Assembly: GCA_965153355.1 (NCBI GenBank)
Contig: OZ231126.1
Location: 23,250,001-23,314,000 of the forward strand
Direction: 5' to 3'
From: Flaccisagitta enflata
Lineage: Eukaryota
Length of the DNA: 64,000 bases
Both the position numbers and the translations under genes were made by a program. A model generated the notes under the pieces. It was given only the letters and a program-made list of their open reading frames with translations, ran no database searches and was not told the origin of the DNA. Of the stretch, positions 53,798 to 64,000 are shown in pieces (position 1 is the first letter of the stretch; every line of letters starts with the position of its first letter).

Positions 53798-53898
<101 letters not shown>

Positions 53899-54739
53899 AC
53901 CGTTCGCGTTATGTTGAAACGCCTTTTGTTTGGAGGTCTTCTAGACAAAATATTTGCTGTTTCAACGCCTGGGCGCAATCGCAATCGCTCGGGCGTCGCG
54001 ACTAATTGCGCCATCTGCTCCATGCATACGTTTCAGGCTCTCTACCTGAAGACTCCGCGTTGGCGATGTCACTTGTATCATATCTGTACCACAAGGCCAC
54101 TTTCGTCTCTGACACTGTAGTCCACAAGCTCTCACTAAGGGGCTATCATTGCCCCCACCATTGCATTGATGCTTTCCTTCCCCCATGTCATCACGTTCAC
54201 CGCCAAGTTGCCTCCTCCGCTACCACAGTGAGCCCCCACATTTCACGATTGGCTACCCTGTCCATCCTTGTATCATTTTATTCCCCATCTAACCTCCTTC
54301 TTCAACCGTCACCTTGTTGTCAACACCACTACCACTTTCCGTCAGTATTTTCTAGCTTTCTTATAAGTTCGCTACCAAACTACCGTCTTCACTGTCACAG
54401 TGTCACTTCCCCTCAGTATCTTCAGACCTATTTTGCCTCCACAACAACTCTTCCCAACTTGGATCCTACCCCTGCCAGAACAAACACCACCACAGCTCTC
54501 ACCGTCGCTTCTTTCACCAACACACCTATCATCTGCACCCTCAACATCTCGGCCGACCTTCGCGACTGCAACTCAGCGTTATCACCAATTCGTTATGGCC
54601 GTAATCGCCGTAATCGTCTTTACTTTCGCCGTCGCCGCGTCCATAATCGCCGTTTTTTGGTCCCTCCTCAATTTAATTAACGGGTTTAACCATGTTTCTC
54701 CCTCGCACTGCCTATCGTTTCTCCCATTCTCTTGACGGC

Positions 54740-54803
<64 letters not shown>

Positions 54804-54847
54804 AAAGACAGAGACAGACAGACAGACAGACAGGCAGACAGACAGGC

Positions 54848-54886
<39 letters not shown>

Positions 54887-55639
54887 GAAATTTAGATTTA
54901 GATTTAGATATATTTAGCCTAAGGAAAACTATTATATTTAGCCAAAGGAAAACTTTGGTCGGAAAAAAGAGATGGAGAGACAGGAACAATAGTGAATAGC
55001 CCAAAAGATAGAGACAGAGACAGAAACTAAGAAAGTCAGAAAAAAGAAGAGAGCTTAATGAGGAAATTTCTTTAATTGCCCGTTTTCGAAGCAGCGCGTT
55101 GCGATCATAGTCGCTTTCATTGCCGTCCATTATCGTTTCTCTTTTTGTCTTCAGGTCTTTGCCTCATGATGACGCCGATGGTGCCGCGCCGAGGATGGCG
55201 TGATTGTCGCAAATATCGTAGATATCCTGAAATTCGTTTAAAAATAAAAGCCGTGGATGGGCTTTTGGTTTTAGCTACGATCAACAGACACCGACTTAGA
55301 AGCAAAACGGACAGAAAAATCAACTTCAACTCGACTAAAAGTACTTTCGACTCTGAATATCTTTTTTTGTTCTTCAACACTCATCTAACTTCGGTAATCT
55401 TTGGATGACAAGATGTGAAGAGTGAGAAAACGCGATTGAAAATCTTTTATTTTCGGAATCGGTATGACTAGTCGCCGTTTGAGCCGCAGCTGGCACGCAT
55501 CCATCGCGAAAAATCGACAACATTGGATGCTAATATGTCGGTGACGAAGAGAACTGCAGCATTAAAGGAATATCGACTGCTTTGTATTTTTGCGCATCTT
55601 TATTCAACTTCACTTTTAGGAAAAGAACAACAACACGCC

Positions 55640-55676
<37 letters not shown>

Positions 55677-57084
55677 GCAGCAATAATAACAACGGCAGGA
55701 TAGTAAATTAAGTAAAAACAACAACAGCATCATGCAACATCGATAAACGACAACAACCAATCGAAAATATCAACAATAACCAAAAAAGAAAGAAAGAAAA
55801 AAGAAAAAAAACTTGCAGCACGACAAAATCATAGTTAATTAGTGAAGTTCTAACTTACGTATCATGACATGGCGGCGCGGTTAGGGCGTGCACCCGGGGT
55901 TCAGCGTGCCACACAGCCGCCAGCCCGTCAAGCCGCTGTTGCGTTCAGCAAAAGTGCATAAGCAAAAGTGCGCCAAGTGATTTTTTTTTCTGCGGCGCAA
56001 CTTGGTACAAGAATAAATCATGAAAAATAAATAACTCGACAAGTTGTTGACTTGCTGTTGCATGAACGAAGGAACTTTTTCCACCTCTGAACGGGCTCAT
56101 CAAAGTCAAACAACAAGTCAAGTGATCTCTACAAAGCTGAAGTTTTGTTGCTTACTTTTGGAACCTCGAACTCTGGACACGGCGTCCAGAGCGTAATCCC
56201 AGGAACAATCATAGAGTGGAAAACGGTTAAAGCTCAATCATGAACTCTTTAACTCTCGTCTGATCAGCTTTTCTGTGAGTTATCATATCTTTTATTGATA
56301 GATCAAAACGGATAACAGCGGGCGATTCGTTTTTAATTAAAATCACAATATGCAAATGAGGTTTCCTTAGATGAACCGATTTCGTTGGCAGATCAATAGG
56401 CCATGTATTGAACAAGCCCAACCGGGCAACAATGCGTCCGAATTGTGTCTTCGCATGTATTAAATATGGCGCTTAACATGTGACATATATGGAGAGACTG
56501 ATGGACTAACAGACAGATGAAACGACAGAGTAGCAAAAGAAGCTTTCAAAACACGTTCGTCTATCATTTGATTCAGTATATGATCTCATCTTGGTCAAAC
56601 CAGCCGACTGCTGACGAGAAACGCGAATTTTGCATGATGGACTTACGGAAGGACCGACCGACCGATTGACCGACCGACGGACAGACCCGCTTATAGAGAT
56701 GCGTTCCTGATGGACGAGTCTAAAAAGCGTTTTGGCATGCACTTCATGAATGACATGATCCAGTAATCAATCGGATATAATACATCTAGGCAAAGTTAAT
56801 TGGGAAAAAAATCGAAAAACGTTTTCGATTTTTGAGTTCAAGTTAGGAATTAATTTTTTCGCTTGAGATATTTTGAAGTTAGGTCACTCAAGCTATTGAG
56901 GCTAGGGTTAAAAGTGGTACAGGGTGAAAGGGCACTACACCTTCTGGAAAAAAGCACTGTGGGACCAATACTTTAGGCTATGAATTTTTAATCTTTTTAT
57001 TTTCACATTTTCCGCCATTTTTCAAAGATCTATATTTTGCATTGATCTCAATTTTTTTCCTACGTCAACAACAAAATGAGTTCA

Positions 57085-57630
57085 GCAGAGGGCATAGGGA
57101 GAGAGGAAAAGGAGGGAGGAGGGAGAGCGTGGGAGGAAGGAGGTAGGAGGGAAGGAGAGAGGGAGGGAGAGGGAGGGAGAAAGAGGAGGAGGGAGGAGGA
57201 GGGAGGGATGGACGAGAGGGAGAGGGAGGAAGAAGGAGGAAAGAGGGAGGAGGGAGGAGGGGAGGGAGAGGGAGGGGGGGAGGGAGGGAGGAGGAAGGAG
57301 GAGGGAGGGAGGGAGAAGGGGGGAGAGAAGGAGAGGAGAGAGGAGAGAGGGAGAGGAGAGGGGAGGGAAGAGGAGGAAAAGTGAGAGGGACGGAGAGGAG
57401 AGGAGAGAGGGAGAGAGGAGAGGGAGGGAGAAGGAGAGGAGGGAGGAGAGGAGGAAAGGAAAGGAGGAGGAAGGGAGAGGGGGAGAGGAGAAGAGGGAGG
57501 GAGAGAGGGAGGGAGAGAGAGAGAGATGGAGAGGAGGAGAGGAAAGGAGGGTGAGGGGATGGAGAGAGAGGAGAGAGGAGGGAGGGGAGGAAAAGGAGGA
57601 GGATGAAGAGAGGGAGAAAAGGGAGAGTTG
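57085..57630. repeat. Polypurine (G/A) tract
   Basis: About 540 bp of almost exclusively G and A on the + strand. Confidence 0.9.
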
Positions 57631-58590
57631 CTAGTTACAACTTTTTGAGCAGCGGCCCTGAAGGGACGATGTCCTGTAAACACAGGGGACTCTCATTGGT
57701 TCGTTTTCTGTTTGTTTGTCCCCCCAAACCATCATCAGTAAAGGCTGGGTAAAGAGAGAGAGAGAGAGAGAGAGACAACTGAGAGAAACGAGAGAGAGAG
57801 ACACAGCGAAACAGACCAGAGCAGGCTGCTTATGCACTGCACACTACACACAGAACAGCCCTTACGATTTTTTTCCGGTCGGCGAGAGCCGCCTTTACTG
57901 GTACTAATGTGAATCAATGTGAATGTCCCTGCACTGTAACCCCCATCCTTCTTCCTCGCATAGATCACATGAAAAACAACCCTTTTGCGTGGCTCTTCTT
58001 TCTGCGTGGCGTATCGAAAAGGACTCCACCGTGTTTTACTCGACGCCGCCGAAACCGGGGCCGTTACAAGTATCACGGAACGGCAACTGGCTTTTCTCCT
58101 CGCCTCCTTGACACACGTTGAACATAACCACATAACCACATAACCACATTCGCGACTCCCGAAAATCAATATTCATACGGTGAGAAGATTTTAACTTTGA
58201 CGATTGGGTATTGGTCATTTACTACGCGAATTTTAAAAAAAGACGCACCTTTTTATTTGCTGATAAAACTGACTTAAGATGCGCTAAAAGATTTTGTTAG
58301 AGGAAACGATTTTTAAGATTTTCCACTCTAGACCAATCCCAGATCTGTATCTTTAACGGTTTAGGAGCTAGAGCTCTCTAAAGTGAAAGACCATTTTGCT
58401 AAAATGCGTCTTTTTCAAAGGGACTGTAAAAGTAAATTTGGCAAAATATTTGAAATAAACTAATGTCATTTCCAAGCGAATAAAGAGAGAGATACCAGAT
58501 TGGCACCAAATGAAAGAGGTTCTCAAGGGCTAAGATTTTACTTAGTTTATTTGAGTTTCAACGGCGAAATAAACCATTCAAAAGTGCGTC

Positions 58591-58925
58591 TTTTTAGTCG
58601 CGGACACGCGACTCTATAAACCACTTTTCGGTCCGTCGGTCCGTCGGTCCGTCGATCCGTCCATAACAACGTCCTTTTTCGAGGTTTTCCGCTCCTGCCC
58701 ACCCGTCCGCGACTAATGCTGCCATGTATACGGCCTTGTTTTTAGTTGTAGACACGCAACTTCATAAGAGGCTTTGTCCGTCCGTCGGCCCGTTGATCCA
58801 TGGTGATTGAAATGAAAAGTGTGATTGTCCGCGTGTGTGAGTGTGTTTGGGATGGGCGAGGGTGAGAATGGGGGTTGAACGTCCCTGCCCACCTATCCAT
58901 AACAATGTTGTGACCCTGCGTCACA
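58591..58925 (+). mobile_element. Head-to-tail pair of HINE-type elements
   Basis: TTTTTAGTCGCGGACACGCGACT...GTCCGCGACT...GCCATGTATACGGCCTTGTTTTT is followed directly by a new 5' end, AGTTGTAGACACGCAACT...GTCCGTCC. Confidence 0.75.
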
Positions 58926-59158
58926 TGTTTAAATTCGTATAGTAGATAGATTCACTTCATTCAATAGTCAAGCTGCAACAAACACTTCTGCTTGGATGAA
59001 CCAATGAACATCAATGCCAGATACACGGCAACCCAAGTCGTTTCTGGTAGGCGGGGGCAGTGGTATGGGATGCAAGTCAGTGCAAAGACGCGAATTTCAC
59101 ACAAGTATACATGAATGGCATCACACCAAAAACCACTATAAATCTAACCAATTCCAAC

Positions 59159-59457
59159 CAGGCCTGTGTATAATTGAGTTCCCCCCCCCCACCAGGAAAG
59201 GGTTTGGAGATGGGGAAGGAAATTAAAGGGGGGGGAAAAGAAAAAAAGAAAATTTAGGGAAAATATAAATTTTGGTAGTACCAAATCATAAAAAACTGAT
59301 TAGTAAAACACTATTTAACACTATCTAAACCTTAACTACACTCTTTTATTGTCTAAAGGGGAAGGAAATCATAGATTTTAAAATGCGGCGCGGGGTAGAA
59401 AATCAAAGGCGGGGGGGGGGGGGGAAATCAAAAGCGACTCAACTATATACGCCCCTG
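59159..59457. mobile_element. hAT-like MITE
   Basis: CAGG...CCTG termini with an imperfect ~21-bp TIR. Flanks ATTCCAAC and ATTCTGAC match at 6/8, a candidate 8-bp TSD. Confidence 0.5.
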
Positions 59458-59798
59458 ATTCTGACAGAAATCATTACTTGAGTGCTTGGTTTCTACGTAT
59501 GAAAAAAAATATTCCTTCACATTGGGAAAATGAAGCATCCACATGGTACCAGCGAAACCGTCAAAAAGCTAACACAATCTCTTCAAGGGTCATTTTACGA
59601 CAAAATCAAACCATAAAGAATGAGTTCAGCTCAAATTCTCAGATTCAGCGTTTGTTGTCGGTGACAGAGAAATTTGTTGCCTGCACATAAATTTGGACCA
59701 ATCAGCGCCATTTCTTCAAGTCACATTCAATCTGCACTTTTTGCCATTGGTTGCCATGCCATGCCGCCGCGTGATGCAGTGCCACGTAACAAAAGATG

Positions 59799-61070
<1,272 letters not shown>

Positions 61071-61324
61071 AGAGAACCGCCAAGTCTGAATGACAAAGAG
61101 AGACAGAAGAAGAGTGAGAAAGCTTTTGGCAGAGAGACAGATAGACTTACAGACCCACAGACTGACTCTTGGGAATTTCGAAGGGGCAAGAAAATCCTTT
61201 TGCTTAAGGTAATAGAATGATACTAATGAGGTTTGTGATATTAATTTTAACAATACCACTGGTGTAGCGCTGGACTACATTTGCAAACCGTTCCGTTTGC
61301 TAGGGCAAACCGTTCCGTTTGCTA

Positions 61325-61835
61325 GGCGGTGTGACAGACATTTGGAGAAAACTGGGCTATGTGACAGACATTCGAAGAAAACTGGGTGGGTGACGGAGAT
61401 TTGGAGAAAACTGGGTGGTGTGACAGACATTTGGAAAAACCTTGTTGGTGTGACAGACATTTGGACAGAACTGGGTGGTGTGACAGACATTGAGAGTAAC
61501 CTGGGTGATGTGACAGACATTTGGAGAAAACTGGGTTGTGACAGACATTTGGAGAAAACTGGGCGGTGTGACAGACATTCAGAGGAAACTGGGTGGTGTA
61601 ACAGACATTTAGATAAAACTGGGTGGTGTGAAAGACATTTGGATAAAACTGGGTGATGTGATAGACATTCAGAGAAAACTCGATGGTTTGACAGACATTT
61701 GGAGAAAACTGGGTTGTGTGACAGACATTCGGAGAAAACTGGGTGGTGTGACAGACATTCAGAGTAAACTGGGTGGTGTGACAGACATTCGGTTAAAACA
61801 GGGTGGTGTGACAGACATTCAGACAAAACTGGGTT
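61325..61835. repeat. 30-bp minisatellite GTGTGACAGACATTTGGAGAAAACTGGGTG
   Basis: About 17 units. Confidence 0.9.
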
Positions 61836-63484
61836 CACTCCTGTGAAAGTTGAATTAGGAAAAGAACAAATTACAATACTATCAAAGGGGTGAGCAGGGG
61901 CAAACAACCCGCCATCCCTCCACAAGCCCCATACCCATAGAGGCATGGCAACGTGCGTTTACACTCTTTGACTCTCCGACTCGTGCGTTACGGAGGGACG
62001 GATGGACAAAGCCTCTTACAGAGTCGCAAGTCCGCGAGTAAAAATTCTACCGGAAATCACTCATTTAGCGCTTACGCATATGTGGGACACGCGCGCGCGC
62101 GCACACACACACACACGCACGTGCGCGCGAACGAACGAGCAATTGTCCGAAGTAGTTGGTTATTCGTACATTCGTATCCGTATTTAACTCGTTATACGAA
62201 AGTTAAAAGAGAGCCATACAGGCCTGAGAGTAAGAGAACTCTAAAGCTGAAATGATTTTGACTGATACTAGATAACAGAGGTAATTGAACGAACGTTTGC
62301 CCCTTTCTGTGGTCGTAAAAGTCAGTCTTAGTTCAAAACAGGCGGACCAAAAGGTACAAAAGTCGCCAAAGTATGATTGAGAAGGCCATAAAAGTCAGCT
62401 TCCTTGCCTCGATCATTGCTCTTTTTAGTCGCGTACACGCATCTCTATAAGCGGCTTTGTCCGTCTGTCCGTCCGTCCGTCCGTCCGTCCGTCCGTCCGT
62501 CCGTCCGTCCGTCCGTCCGTCCGTTGGTCTGTTGATCCGTGGTGATCGAGTCGAAAAGTGGAAAAACGAGCGTTATGTCATAGTGTATAGGATCAGGAAA
62601 TTTTGGTTTCATTTTACTTTTTGCTTGTGATATAGATTTACAATTAGAAAATATCATTGGGATTTTAGTTAAGTATTTTTGACATAAGGTATAAGGTGTT
62701 ATAATGATGTTTTGAAACCCAGAATACTGACTATGGTTTCATAATAATCAGAAGTTAAAATAGAATGTATGAATTCCTTAGAAAAATGGTAAACAAAATT
62801 TTAAAACCTTGTTGAGTGAAATTATATGACGGCCTCAGTAAAAAAAATTTTGCAGTTCTAAGAACATAGCTCTTTTCTTATATGTTTTAAAAAAGAGGCC
62901 ATGTTTTTGAAAATGTAAATTTCTTTATTTCTATGCAATGATATAATCTCACCTAATAAAAGTAATATGACAAAGTATAATTTTCTATAAAAAACCTTCT
63001 TTTTTCTATCTTTTTTCATTATATTATGCACATCAAAATCTGTAATTCAGCAATTATCTATGCAGAAATTCACAGTTCAACACTTAAAAATATTTTTTCA
63101 GAAAAAAAATATACAGAAAACTAATACAAAAAATATCTAAAAAATTGTAGTGACCCATGAAATTTCTTCTTTCCGTACACTGCGTCTTATCGGGAAAAAA
63201 GTTGAAGTCAGTCTTCAACTTTTTGACATATTTGAGAGAAACAGGGTTTTCATTTTCTTATAAGGAAGTTGTGGGTCTCGATCGAGCAATTTGGGCCTCC
63301 AATGAAATTGATAAGGTAAGTAAATTTGATAATTCTCTTTCATTTGGCGTCAAGCAGAATGCTCTCTGACAAATATTTTTCGCGCTATGATTTTTTAAAG
63401 ATTTATTTATGAAAAATTTGAATAAAATTTTTTTTATCTTTTACGATTTTGTGTACGATTTATAAAAGAGTGTATTTATGTTTG

Positions 63485-63900
63485 TTTGAGCATGCAAATA
63501 CAAGAAAACATGTTTATGAGCACAGCTGCTCATCTGTGAAGGCGTTTTTGAGCATTTTAGCTCATTTAGCTCACTTATCTCAGTCTATTCTTTCTGATTT
63601 CAAATATGATAAATGAATAAATATTTTCAAACTTGTTTAAGCAAGGAAATGAAAGAAAACATGTCAGTGAGCAGAGCTGCTCATCTGTGAGGGCGTTTTC
63701 AAGTATTCTAGCTCATTTAGCTTATTTAGCTTGCGTTTTTCTCTGATTTTAAGTAGGATAAATAAATTAATGTTTTGATTTAAGCATGCAAATACAAGAA
63801 AGCATGCCAGTGAGCAAAGCTGGTTCTCCAGTTGAATAATTTTAATTTTTTTAGCTTATCTAGCTCATTTGGCTCAGTCCTATTTTTCTCTGATTTTCAG
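63485..63900. repeat. Three diverged ~145-bp tandem units
   Basis: Recurring AAGAAAACATG...TGAGCA.AGCTG...TAGCTCATTT.GCT...TCTGATTT. Confidence 0.7.
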
Positions 63901-64000
63901 TGCAGTCATTACATACAATTGCTTTTGATTTGATCTAATAAAATTTCAGTGACCAAAGATGGTGAAAAGTGACCAATGCTTACGACTTTTTTCCTCACGG

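Noticed and set aside
54006-54735. Ser/Thr-rich ORF with a TM-like stretch in an overlapping frame (mucin-like membrane protein?)
   Set aside because: There is no clear ATG start, signal peptide or splice structure, and the TM-like segment is in a different frame. It cannot be supported without transcripts.
61275-61946. 223-aa ORF with a CLSHHPVFSE decapeptide repeat resembling a metal-binding protein
   Set aside because: It derives from a 30-bp minisatellite with frame-breaking 29-bp units, and there is no other coding evidence.

Overview
Repeat-rich eukaryotic, apparently animal, genomic DNA; no prokaryotic operons, rRNA, tRNA or CRISPR array were seen. The main feature is an intact 2859-aa minus-strand Helentron (Helitron2-type) RepHel ORF at 6245-14824. 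Its architecture is: N-terminal SGNH/GDSL hydrolase, Pro/Ser linker, LSGG motif, 23-aa STPR-like repeats, Cys-rich DUF6570-like region, HUH Rep, PIF1 helicase, AP endonuclease, and a C-terminal papain-like Cys/His domain. A ~16.7-17 kb tandem duplication (9141-25832 / 25831-42781, 2-bp TG microhomology) produces a second RepHel lacking the helicase and a truncated copy of an intronless C2H2 zinc-finger gene rich in SUMO-interacting-like motifs. The full zinc-finger copy is at 40244-45221, with one frameshift at an (AAC)n tract. The rest of the window holds many non-autonomous Helentron-type elements (HINE/DINE-like, some carrying satellite arrays), several MITE families and micro/minisatellites. 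The leading hypothesis is a Helentron that captured an SGNH esterase in-frame across its former 5' end and may self-process its polyprotein at LSGG. All domain calls are motif recognition by eye, not database searches.
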